This document shows, in pieces, positions 41,038 to 49,379 of a stretch of 64,000 nt of DNA (its first letter is position 1; the number at the start of each line of letters is the position of its first letter). Both the position numbers and the translations under genes were made by a program. The notes beneath the pieces are model-generated. The model ran no database searches, was not told the origin of the DNA, and saw nothing but the letters and a program-made list of their open reading frames with translations. Source of the stretch: Dehalococcoidia bacterium (GTDB lineage: Bacteria; Chloroflexota; Dehalococcoidia; Lucifugimonadales; Australimonadaceae); contig CAUZFB010000004.1 of the NCBI GenBank assembly GCA_963579135.1, positions 11,583 to 75,582 on the forward strand, read 5' to 3'.

Positions 41038-41913
41038 TTATCCTTCCGATACCACACTCAACGCTACAACGCCTATGAGAGTTAGCGTAATACCTATCGC
41101 CTGGAATCGTCCGGGTCGCTCGCGGAGGATGAGCATCGCCAAAGCGATTGTCCCCAACGGGTGCGCAGCCGCCAGCGGGGCGATGAGCACCACCGGTGCA
41201 CGATCCAGGCCGATGTTGTACGTCACGAACCCCGCCGCATCCAAACCTGCTGCACCCAGCAGCACCGAGATACCGAATCGCGTTGACGGGAACCTGAGTG
41301 CGATTGAGCGGGCGCGCATGAAGCTCAATGTCACCAGCGACCCCAGCGCTCTGGCTGTGAGTACCGCGAGGAACGGTCCCGCAGCTTCCGTCAGTGGCTT
41401 CCACAGCGCGAGGGCAACCCCCAGCAGCACCATGGCGGTGAGGCCGTAGCCGATTCCAGAACCCTTTCCTCGCCCATCGCCCGGCTGCAGGCCAATGGTC
41501 AGGATTCCCAATAGCACGAGAGCAATCAGCCCTCCTTGTCGCCAGCTCACCGTTTCGTTCAGCACCAGTGCTGCCACGACCACCGAAACCAGCAACCACG
41601 CGGACGCGACCGAGCTAACGACCGATACCGACCCACGCTCGAGCCCCGTGTAATAGATCGCGTAGGCGAATCCGACAAGCACCGCCGTCAACGGTGCGAG
41701 CCAGCCCACTGTGATCCAGTCCACGTCGCCCGCACCGGATGACAACACCAGAATGGCGAATGCTACTCCCGGAACTACCAGGCCTATCGCCTGCACGAAG
41801 AACGCCGTACTCACACTGCCGATCCGCATGGCGACGACGCGGACCAAGAAGTCCGCTACACCCCACGCCAGCAACGTGAGGATTCCCCAGGAGATATCAA
41901 GAAAGAATGACAA
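41038..41913 (-). CDS. EamA/DMT family transporter
   Basis: Ten hydrophobic segments in two EamA repeats, 291 aa. Confidence 0.78.
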   Translation of the reverse strand: MSFFLDISWGILTLLAWGVADFLVRVVAMRIGSVSTAFFVQAIGLVVPGVAFAILVLSSGAGDVDWITVGWLAPLTAVLVGFAYAIYYTGLERGSVSVVSSVASAWLLVSVVVAALVLNETVSWRQGGLIALVLLGILTIGLQPGDGRGKGSGIGYGLTAMVLLGVALALWKPLTEAAGPFLAVLTARALGSLVTLSFMRARSIALRFPSTRFGISVLLGAAGLDAAGFVTYNIGLDRAPVVLIAPLAAAHPLGTIALAMLILRERPGRFQAIGITLTLIGVVALSVVSEG

Positions 41914-41981
41914 AGAAGTTCCATTCTACGGGTACTTCCTGGATTTCCCACCCAGAAACCTCGCGCTATCACCCAAGGAAC

Positions 41982-42473
41982 ATGGCAATCAACTGTAAAC
42001 GCACCAAGATGGTCGCAACCTAGGGGCCCGTCGCCGTGACGGGCGGCAACACCATTCACCCGCGGTTTACCTGGGATGGCGCCCATCTTCCACCACAGTT
42101 CACCTAGTCGGGCGTCCCGGAAGGCACGGCCACCCAAGCGCTCATCCTTAACAACCCTGACGCACCAAGCGGAGCGTTCACTCACTGCCTCGTGCACGGC
42201 ATCCCTCCTGACGTTAGGCTCTTCAATGAAGGGGAGGGTGAGCCATCGGACACCACCGTAAGCGAAGGCACCCAAGGCATCAGTAGCCCAGGACGCTCTG
42301 GTTATTTCGGCCCCTGCCGTCCCGACGGTGAGACCCACGTTTATGAGATCAACGTCTACGCTGTCGACCGGGTGCTGAACCTCCCGCCCTCGGCCCAGCT
42401 CTCCGAGGTGCTCACAGCGATGGAAGGAACGGTGATTAGCCACGGCATAGAGCAAGCGATCTACCCTCGGTAG
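41982..42473 (+). pseudogene. YbhB/YbcL-type PEBP (Raf-kinase-inhibitor-like) gene interrupted by two in-frame TAG codons
   Basis: The single frame reads MAINCKRTKMVAT*GPVAVTGGNTIHPRFTWDGAHLPPQFT*SGVPEGTATQALILNNPDAPSGAFTHCLVHGIPPDV...GYFGPCRPDGETHVYEINVYAVD.... The TAGs are at 42021..42023 and 42105..42107. The second replaces the conserved Trp of 'L.W.gvP'. The HW and CPP motifs are also mutated (HC, CRP). Confidence 0.7.
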
Positions 42474-42548
42474 TGCGACTTAAGGAGGAACTCACCCCAA
42501 CGCGTTGACGCCTATGCGAGTCCGCAACATCGCGTATAGACTCCTGGC

Positions 42549-43214
42549 ATGGCAAGCCAACCAGAAGCAGGTTTCCTCCGACTCTTCCCGCTACAGGCCC
42601 TCGTGCTATTCCCAGGGATGCCTCTGCCGTTGAACGTATTCGAGCCTCGCTACGTTCAACTCATGAACGAGTGCACCGACGCCCATGAGCCCTTTGGAGT
42701 AGTGCTCCTTAAAGAAGGCGGGGAAGTCGGTCCGAACTCGGTCGACCCGTTCGAGATTGGCACGACCGCCCACATTCAACAGGCCTCATCCATTGGTGGA
42801 TCACGCCTCGGCATCACGAGCGTGGGCGGCGAACGGTTCCGCGTCCGCTCCTTCAACTACGACTACCCTTACCTGGCCGCTGAGGTCCAGTACCTGAACG
42901 ATACCACCGCGAGCCTGGTAGAGCCTTCGCTCGTCGGTCACGTCAAAGACGACGCCATCGCCTTCGTGCGAGCTGTCATGGCTCAGCGAGGCGAGTTCGT
43001 CCACGACGTTGAACTTCCGGACGAGCCGACAGAGCTGTCATTCCACGTCGCTCAGCTGTTCCAGGGGAACCCTGGGCTCCAGCAGAAACTGCTGGAGCGA
43101 GACACCTTCGATCGACTTTGGGACGAGCTAAATCTGATCAAAACGGCCATGGACCAATTGATCCGGGAAGGCGACCGCCAAAGGCGAGGACCGACCTCTT
43201 TCAGCGCGAACTAG
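42549..43214 (+). CDS. LON N-terminal (substrate-binding) domain protein
   Basis: 'LRLFPLQALVLFPGMPLPLNVFEPRYVQLMNEC...FGVVLLKEG' is the typical LON_substr_bdg domain start. There is no ATPase or protease domain. Confidence 0.82.
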   Translation: MASQPEAGFLRLFPLQALVLFPGMPLPLNVFEPRYVQLMNECTDAHEPFGVVLLKEGGEVGPNSVDPFEIGTTAHIQQASSIGGSRLGITSVGGERFRVRSFNYDYPYLAAEVQYLNDTTASLVEPSLVGHVKDDAIAFVRAVMAQRGEFVHDVELPDEPTELSFHVAQLFQGNPGLQQKLLERDTFDRLWDELNLIKTAMDQLIREGDRQRRGPTSFSAN

Positions 43215-43235
43215 GTCGGCCAGGAATCTGGCCGG

Positions 43236-43778
43236 CTACTCAGTCGACACGTACGGGACGGCTAAGAACAACGACGCCAATGTCTTCGAGTCCTGGAGCC
43301 TCCCTGCCCGCGCAGCGCTGACCGCCTCGGCGAACGACATACGCTCAAGTTCGATCCGCTCGTCATCATCCGCAGGTAGCGGGTCATAGGTGAGGTGGCG
43401 GGCAAAGAAACAGTACAGAAGCTCTGTCATCGTACCCGGTGCTGAGTAGAAAGATCCGAGAGGAATCAACTCTCCTGCGGCGTAGCCCGTCTCCTCGCGC
43501 AGCTCTCGTTGAGCGGACTTCAAAGGATCCGTCTCGCCGGGATCCATTACGCCGGCAGGCAGCTCCAACAACTCAACCTCCGGTGCCTTGCGGTACTGCC
43601 GCACGAACAGCACGTTGCCGTCATCGTCTACCGCAAGAATCACCACCGCGTTGGGGTGGTCCACGATATCACGCGTCGACTCAGTGCCGTCAGACAACCG
43701 CACGTGCTCAAGGCGTACGGATATCCGCTTGCCCTCGTATTTACGCTCTGAGCTAACCGTCACCTCAGGATCAGCCAT
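43236..43778 (-). CDS. NUDIX hydrolase (ADP-ribose pyrophosphatase-like)
   Basis: Nudix box 'GVMDPGETDPLKSAQRELREETGY' and the N-terminal beta region typical of ADPRase. Confidence 0.85.
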   Translation of the reverse strand: MADPEVTVSSERKYEGKRISVRLEHVRLSDGTESTRDIVDHPNAVVILAVDDDGNVLFVRQYRKAPEVELLELPAGVMDPGETDPLKSAQRELREETGYAAGELIPLGSFYSAPGTMTELLYCFFARHLTYDPLPADDDERIELERMSFAEAVSAARAGRLQDSKTLASLFLAVPYVSTE

Positions 43779-44661
43779 CGCTCAACGCCTCCTCCTCAGC
43801 CATGCGCCGTGCGATCGCGGCCGTCTGGTCGGCGCCGCGCCGGAGGCGGTACACCAGCGTCTCATAGAAGCGATCGGGCGATCCGGCACGGAGGAATCGT
43901 GCCTTGAAGGGACTCTGCGTCACTGCGACGCGGTCGCCCGTAGATAGCGGAGTGCTCACAAAACCGTCCGCAGTCATGGTCGCAGGGGTCTCAGAACGGA
44001 TGATCAGCTCCACACGGCAATCGTCCGGCAATACCACTGGCGCATCCAAATCACCGTGTGTCGCCACCGGTGTGACCACCATGTCACGAGAATGTGGGTA
44101 AAGAATGGGTCCATCTGCCGAGAGGTTGTACGCAGTGCTCCCAGTCGCGGTCGCGACGATCACCGCATCCGCCTGGTAGGTCGTCAGGTCAACGCCATTG
44201 ACCTCAATGGCCACGCGCACCATGTGGGGAGTCGGGCCGTGTCCGACCACGACGTCGTTGAGGATATTCACCGGGGTGCTTTTACCCGCCCTGGAGTGCA
44301 CGACCGCTTGTAGCATCTGACGCTCGTCTACCCAACCCGGCGAGTCAGAGAGGTACCGCGGGACCAGTTCCAACGCGTTACGCGCTTCGATCTCCGTCAG
44401 GAACCCAAGCCTTCCCAGGTTCACGCCCAATAGGGGGACGCCAGCCTCTGCGGCCAGACGCGCCGCCCTCAGTAACGTGCCGTCGCCACCGACAGTGACA
44501 ATCACCTCGGGGGCAGGGTCACCTATTCCCAACTCACCGTCCTCGGTCGACTGCAACGGAAACCTGCTACCAAGCGAAACGGCGAGCGATTCCGCGAGCG
44601 GTTTCGCCAGGCTAGATGCGGCGTTGAAAAGGATCAGTGAATTGGCTGATTCGATGGTCAC
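43771..44661 (-). CDS. nadK: NAD kinase
   Basis: 'VTVGGDGTLLRAAR', 'GVNLGRLGFL' and 'TATGSTAYNLSADGPIL' are NadK signatures. It has a GTG start. Confidence 0.93.
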   Translation of the reverse strand: MTIESANSLILFNAASSLAKPLAESLAVSLGSRFPLQSTEDGELGIGDPAPEVIVTVGGDGTLLRAARLAAEAGVPLLGVNLGRLGFLTEIEARNALELVPRYLSDSPGWVDERQMLQAVVHSRAGKSTPVNILNDVVVGHGPTPHMVRVAIEVNGVDLTTYQADAVIVATATGSTAYNLSADGPILYPHSRDMVVTPVATHGDLDAPVVLPDDCRVELIIRSETPATMTADGFVSTPLSTGDRVAVTQSPFKARFLRAGSPDRFYETLVYRLRRGADQTAAIARRMAEEEALSDG

Positions 44662-44687
44662 GGCCTTGTCCTTGGGAAAGCTGGGCC

Positions 44688-44693
44688 ATTATA
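44688..44693 (-). promoter_or_regulatory. TATAAT -10 hexamer (minus strand) upstream of nadK
   Basis: The minus strand reads GCGCTATAATGGCCC about 26 nt before the GTG at 44661. AAGGACAAGG lies in between as a possible Shine-Dalgarno sequence. Confidence 0.4.
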
Positions 44694-44733
44694 GCGCCCA
44701 CGCCGTTGCGACTCAGACACCACGCCGCGCTGA

Positions 44734-44739
44734 TATCAT
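44734..44739 (+). promoter_or_regulatory. -10-like hexamer TATCAT 8 nt upstream of the ispH ATG (near-leaderless start)
   Basis: GCTGATATCATAGGCGCCAATG. There is no spaced Shine-Dalgarno sequence. Confidence 0.35.
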
Positions 44740-44747
44740 AGGCGCCA

Positions 44748-45704
44748 ATGGAAATTCTACTCAGTGCTCCAAGAGGGTTCTGCGCCGGCGTCGTACGGGC
44801 CATCGACATCGTCGAGCTCGCTATCGAGCGTTACGGCGCGCCGGTCTATGTGCGTCACGAAATTGTCCATAACCGGTACGTCGTCGATTCCCTTCATGCC
44901 AAAGGGGCAGAGTTCGTCGAAGATCTCGACGATGTGCCCGATGGCGCGACGCTGATATTCAGCGCGCACGGCGTCGCGCCCGACGTGGCATCACAGGCTC
45001 AATCACGCGGACTCCGTGTCATAGACGCCACGTGCCCTCTGGTCACCAAGGTGCATCTGGAATCAATCAAATACGCCAAAGATGGCTACTCGATCGTCGT
45101 AATAGGTCACGCCGGGCACCCCGAAGTGGTCGGCACCATGGGACAATCTCCGGATCGGTCGTACCTCATCTCCACGATCGAGGCCGTCGCCCAACTGCAG
45201 ATTCCTGACCCAGAACGCGTGGTCGCTCTTACGCAAACCACTCTTAGCGTAGAGGACACCGAAGGAATCATCGCGGCTCTGCTCGCGAGGTTCCCTGCGA
45301 TGATTGCTCGCGCCGACATCTGCTACGCGACCACCAATCGGCAGCTCGCGGCCAAGGAACTCAACGAGAAGATTGATCTCATGTTGGTCATCGGCGCGCA
45401 GAACAGTTCCAATTGCAATCGCCTGCGGGAAGTGGCCGAGGAAGCAGGCATACCGGCCCACCTGATCGACAATTCGTCCTTCATCAAGTCTGAATGGCTG
45501 GAAGGGGCAGAGCGCATCGGCATCACGTCAGGCGCATCCACGCCTGAGACGCTGGTCGAGGAGGTCATCGATTTCCTCAAGCCCTCCAAGGTGACGACCA
45601 TGGAGTACATCAAAGAAGACGTGGTGTTCGTGCTGCCGAAGCAACTTCGCGGACAGGGCGGAAAATGGGCCCGACAGCGTGAGGGCGACGGCACTATCCG
45701 CTAA
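44748..45704 (+). CDS. ispH: 4-hydroxy-3-methylbut-2-enyl diphosphate reductase
   Basis: 'PRGFCAGVVRAI', 'HEIVHN', 'SAHGV', 'DATCPLVTKVH', 'GHAGHPEV', 'TTLS', 'ICYATTNRQ' and 'VIGAQNSSN' are all canonical IspH/LytB motifs. Confidence 0.95.
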   Translation: MEILLSAPRGFCAGVVRAIDIVELAIERYGAPVYVRHEIVHNRYVVDSLHAKGAEFVEDLDDVPDGATLIFSAHGVAPDVASQAQSRGLRVIDATCPLVTKVHLESIKYAKDGYSIVVIGHAGHPEVVGTMGQSPDRSYLISTIEAVAQLQIPDPERVVALTQTTLSVEDTEGIIAALLARFPAMIARADICYATTNRQLAAKELNEKIDLMLVIGAQNSSNCNRLREVAEEAGIPAHLIDNSSFIKSEWLEGAERIGITSGASTPETLVEEVIDFLKPSKVTTMEYIKEDVVFVLPKQLRGQGGKWARQREGDGTIR

Positions 45705-45713
45705 AGTGGCTGG

Positions 45714-46811
45714 CTAGCTCGCGGCGACCGCCGCTGCGATGGCCGCCGCAGCCTTCCGCGTGCCGTCTACCGGCTGTCCCAACTCATTGAGCCTGACAGC
45801 TCCAGTCTCCAGTGCACGCGACACAGCGCTCCGGACCAGGTCGCCTGCGACACGCTCTCCCAGGTGGTCCAACATCAACGCCAACGTCAGGATCTGCGAC
45901 GTGGGGTTCGCCTTGTCCTGGCCCGCAATGGTGGGCGCCGAACCGTGGATGGGCTCAAAGTAGGCGTGGTTGTCGCCGATATTGCCCGAGGGGCAGAGGC
46001 CAACACCACCGATCGTCCCCCCGCCCAGATCACTGAGCATATCGCCCAGGAAATTCTCCATGACCAGCACGTCGAAATGCTGAGGCTGCATGACCAAGGC
46101 TTGCGCCGCTGCGTCGGAATACAAGTACTCACGTTCGATGTCCGGGTACTGATCTGCGATTTCATCGAAGACGCGCCGGAAGAACGCCATAGAGGCCAGA
46201 ACGTTGCTCTTGTCCACGCAGGTGACCCTGTGCACGCCATCGGACGGCGCGCCCTGGCGAGCCGAGGCTAGCTGGAAGGCGTGGCGCACCACGCGCTCGG
46301 TCCCCTTGCGAGTGATCAGCATCGTGTCCGCCACCGCGTCGTCGGTGCCAATGCCCTTGCCCCGCGCCAAATACATCCCCTCGGTGTTCTCCCGAACGAT
46401 GATGTAATCGATCTCGCCCGGCTCGGCCTTGATGGGCGCGTTCACACCAGGCAACAGCCGCACCGGCCTATCGTTGGCGTAGGTGTCCAGGCCGATCCGG
46501 AGCACACCACCTAGCACACCCGCCTCCGTGCCATCCGGGAAGCGCACCTCCGGCAAGCCCACGGGCCCTTTCATGGTCGCGTCGGCTTGCTTAATAGCTT
46601 CGAGGGTCTCAGGAGCCAGGTTGTGACCAGCGCGGCGGTACAGTTCGGCCCCACCTTCTTTGAAATCGATCGTCAGCCGGAAATCGCCCGCCCGCTGCTG
46701 CGCTGCGTCCAGCACTTCCAGCGATGCATCAACCAATTCAGGGCCGATACCGTCGCCCTTGATAACGACAACATTGTGGGTGCGCACGGCGCTAGCAGGG
46801 GTGTTTGACAC
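45714..46811 (-). CDS. Isocitrate/isopropylmalate dehydrogenase family protein (IPMDH / tartrate-DH-like)
   Basis: 'VVVIKGDGIGPE', 'VRENTEGMY' and 'NFLGDMLSDLGGGTIGGVGLCPSGNIG' are present. The exact substrate cannot be assigned by eye. Confidence 0.85.
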   Translation of the reverse strand: MSNTPASAVRTHNVVVIKGDGIGPELVDASLEVLDAAQQRAGDFRLTIDFKEGGAELYRRAGHNLAPETLEAIKQADATMKGPVGLPEVRFPDGTEAGVLGGVLRIGLDTYANDRPVRLLPGVNAPIKAEPGEIDYIIVRENTEGMYLARGKGIGTDDAVADTMLITRKGTERVVRHAFQLASARQGAPSDGVHRVTCVDKSNVLASMAFFRRVFDEIADQYPDIEREYLYSDAAAQALVMQPQHFDVLVMENFLGDMLSDLGGGTIGGVGLCPSGNIGDNHAYFEPIHGSAPTIAGQDKANPTSQILTLALMLDHLGERVAGDLVRSAVSRALETGAVRLNELGQPVDGTRKAAAAIAAAVAAS

Positions 46812-46933
46812 GATGATCCTCCGGTGGTCGATTGTAGCATCGAACAGGTCGTTTCTCTCCTAACGGTCTGCTTGCCGGATGGTAGACTACGCCCTGTCGA
46901 AGCCCCCTATCCAGTAACGTCACAGGATGTGTA

Positions 46934-47848
46934 TTGCTCAGCGAAACGGAACTCATAGAGATCGAAAACGCTGCGGTCGAGCTGGCTCGCGGCGCTGGCG
47001 CCATCCTACTGAAGTACTTCGAAGGCCCCCTCAAAGTCGACTACAAATCAGCAAACAACCGCAACCCCGTAACCGACGCCGACCATGCCTCCGACGCTTA
47101 CCTCCACGCTGAGATCGCCAAGCGATTCCCAACCCACGGCATCGTCTCCGAAGAGGCCGACCCTGCTGACGAAAGCGCGACTGATATCGTGTGGGTTATC
47201 GACCCTCTCGACGGCACCTCGAACTTCCTGAACGGGCTCCCCATGTTCGGGGCCCTTATCGCGGTGCTGGAGCAGGGAAAGCCGGTGGTCGGTGCGATCT
47301 TCATCCCCGACATCTACAATCCACTCGGCCGGGTGCTTCACGCCCACGCGGGCGGCGGCGCGTTCGACGACGACAAGCCGCTTCGCATCGATGACGAACC
47401 CGACGGTAAGCGGCTCATGTCCACGTGGCCGTCTTACTTTCTCCGCATGTTCACCTTCAACAAGAGGCTACACCGTCGTCTCGGCGACGCCCGTGCACTC
47501 GGCAGTGCAGGGTTTGAGTTGGCGCAGGCCGCGCGAGGCGTGCTCGACTACGTTGTCTACAACGGTCTCTGGGCCTGGGATATCTCAGCAGGGTTGCTCC
47601 TCATCCAGGAGGCGGGGGGTATCGCTCTCCAGTACGAGAAGGCCACCAAGCAGTGGCACCCCTTTGAGCGCATCAGCCCCGAGGGCACCAACCGGCCTCC
47701 GACTCGAGGCGAGGTCAACAACTGGCATGGAACGCTGGTGCTGGGCAGACGGGGCGCCGTCGAGTACATCGCTGCGGGTGTGGGCCTCCCTCGTTTTCGA
47801 TGGCGCCGATTCAAGGGCCGGGTGAACCAGCTGGTAAAGCGAGGCTAG
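46934..47848 (+). CDS. Inositol monophosphatase family protein
   Basis: 'GIVSEE', 'WVIDPLDGTSNF' and 'WDISAG' are IMPase/SuhB/HisN-type motifs. It has a TTG start. Confidence 0.85.
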   Translation: MLSETELIEIENAAVELARGAGAILLKYFEGPLKVDYKSANNRNPVTDADHASDAYLHAEIAKRFPTHGIVSEEADPADESATDIVWVIDPLDGTSNFLNGLPMFGALIAVLEQGKPVVGAIFIPDIYNPLGRVLHAHAGGGAFDDDKPLRIDDEPDGKRLMSTWPSYFLRMFTFNKRLHRRLGDARALGSAGFELAQAARGVLDYVVYNGLWAWDISAGLLLIQEAGGIALQYEKATKQWHPFERISPEGTNRPPTRGEVNNWHGTLVLGRRGAVEYIAAGVGLPRFRWRRFKGRVNQLVKRG

Positions 47849-47864
47849 ATGACGTTTGCTGGCC

Positions 47865-47895
47865 GACGGTTGGCAATCAGGGACTGTCAACCGTC
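47865..47895. terminator. Imperfect hairpin just downstream of the IMPase gene
   Basis: GACGGTTGGCA-N9-TGTCAACCGTC (11-bp arms, one mismatch), located 17 nt after the stop. There is no U-tract. Confidence 0.3.
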
Positions 47896-48087
47896 CGTCC
47901 GGGGGCCAAGGATCAGCTCACGGAACATGGCCGATGAGGGGTCCTTCGCCTGCGCTGCGCTCAGGAAGCAGGGGCGCAGGATTGAGAGTGACATTAGCCA
48001 GCTACGTGCCAATGAGTCGTGGGATCGGGCGTCGTTGATGAGCCAGAGTATCGTCGGTCGGCAACGGGGTGCGGGACTTGCCGAGGC

Positions 48088-48888
48088 TCACATGGGGGGG
48101 TACGGGATGTCGTGGCGCGAGTATGGATGCGGCATGACGGGGTTGGCGAGGATGGCCCCGACCCGGCTGCGGAGCGCGTCCAGTTCACGTTCACTTATGA
48201 GTGCGGTGAGCGTGGCCAGCGCATCAACGCCTGACTCATCGTCCGCACAAAGCAGTCCTCGCAACGCCTTCACATCTGTCAACAGCGCATCGGGCACCTG
48301 AGAGCCAGCGAACTCCCATATGACCGTTCTAAGCTTGTCCTGGGAGTGGAATGTAAGTCCGTGGTCTACCCCCAGCAACTCGCCCATAGGCCCCAGGAAA
48401 CAGTGACCGCCCTTACGGTCGGCATTGTTCACCAACATGTCGAACACAGCCATCCGGAACAACTCTTCGCGATGCGATTCCCGTATCGTGAAGAAATTCG
48501 AATCGTCGCCACTCGCCACGAACAGCTGCAGCGATCCCGGCCCGGCCTCGCCGTCTCTCAGGACAGTGGGTGGTACGAGCGCCCAGCCCAGCCGCTTCGC
48601 CAGTTCATACGCCGCGCACTCCCGGCGGTACAGCCCGGCGCCGAAATCCCAAAGCGGGGCCTCGCCCCTCTCGGGCTTGTAGACGCCAAACCCGTGGCAG
48701 ACTCCATCCGTCAGCTCCACCACGAAGGTGTAATTCGACGACCGTGGGTGCAGCCAGCCGTCGCCGATTTCGGCAGTGCGGACGAAATCCTCAGCCGCGT
48801 CGTCGCCAGGTGCCACGTCATGTGGCCCAGAAGTGATCCGTCGGTGATCGAACCCCTGGTAGAGCGCCATCAGTTCACTCGGGGACAC
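48088..48888 (-). CDS. SCO1664-family PI3/PI4-kinase-like protein
   Basis: 'YTFVVEL...GVYKPERGEAPLWDF', the catalytic-loop-like 'DMLVNNADRKGGHCF' and the DFG-like 'GVDHGLTF' are present. Function is uncharacterised. Confidence 0.75.
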   Translation of the reverse strand: MSPSELMALYQGFDHRRITSGPHDVAPGDDAAEDFVRTAEIGDGWLHPRSSNYTFVVELTDGVCHGFGVYKPERGEAPLWDFGAGLYRRECAAYELAKRLGWALVPPTVLRDGEAGPGSLQLFVASGDDSNFFTIRESHREELFRMAVFDMLVNNADRKGGHCFLGPMGELLGVDHGLTFHSQDKLRTVIWEFAGSQVPDALLTDVKALRGLLCADDESGVDALATLTALISERELDALRSRVGAILANPVMPHPYSRHDIPYPPM

Positions 48889-49361
48889 ACGTGGCGTCGA
48901 CCATCAACTGCCGCCGCGCCGCACAGCGGGCAGCGAGCGCGTCCTGCATCATGGGCCTCGAACGCCTGATCAGCCATGCGATCGAGCGTCTCAGTCTCCA
49001 TCCACAACACGATGGCATCGTCCTCTTCGTCGGAGACCTGCACCAGCAGCATGTAACGATCACGCACCTTATCGTGGCCCAATGCGATGCTGACTACCTT
49101 GAAGTCGAAATCAACGAGGACGTCATCGGGGTTCAGTGGCGGGGGTGGAAACGCGGGGCGGACGGGAGTACGCAGCATACGTTTAATCGTATGGGCCAAT
49201 TCTCTGAGCTCTTCCTTCTCTATCCAGATCAGTGCCGTCCCGTGCTCCGCAGTCGCCCTGAGGCGGAAGAAACGCTGCCCCGCCGGACCGAGCGACTCCG
49301 CTTCTAAGCGCGAACAATCCCCGAGGTCGTGGCGTGCGTGGGCTTGGTCGTCTGCGCTCAT
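48870..49361 (-). CDS. DUF3090-family protein with a C-terminal zinc-ribbon-like motif
   Basis: 'GPAGQRFFRLRA...ALIWIEKEELRELA' and the C-terminal 'CPLCGAAAVDGRRHVCP'. It overlaps the downstream SCO1664-family gene by 19 nt. Confidence 0.7.
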   Translation of the reverse strand: MSADDQAHARHDLGDCSRLEAESLGPAGQRFFRLRATAEHGTALIWIEKEELRELAHTIKRMLRTPVRPAFPPPPLNPDDVLVDFDFKVVSIALGHDKVRDRYMLLVQVSDEEDDAIVLWMETETLDRMADQAFEAHDAGRARCPLCGAAAVDGRRHVCPRVN

Positions 49362-49379
49362 GAGAAATAAACCACGGGT

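Noticed and set aside
40967-41599. Long ORFs in the track that overlap real genes: the 315-aa extension of the ABM gene, 41856..42455 (-), 51860..52483 (+), 23022..23642 (-), 57364..57969 (-), and many others of 60-200 aa.
   Set aside because: These are typical high-GC antisense or out-of-frame shadow ORFs. They have low-complexity Arg/Pro/Ala/Ser-rich translations and no motifs, and they fully overlap genes with strong homology signatures.
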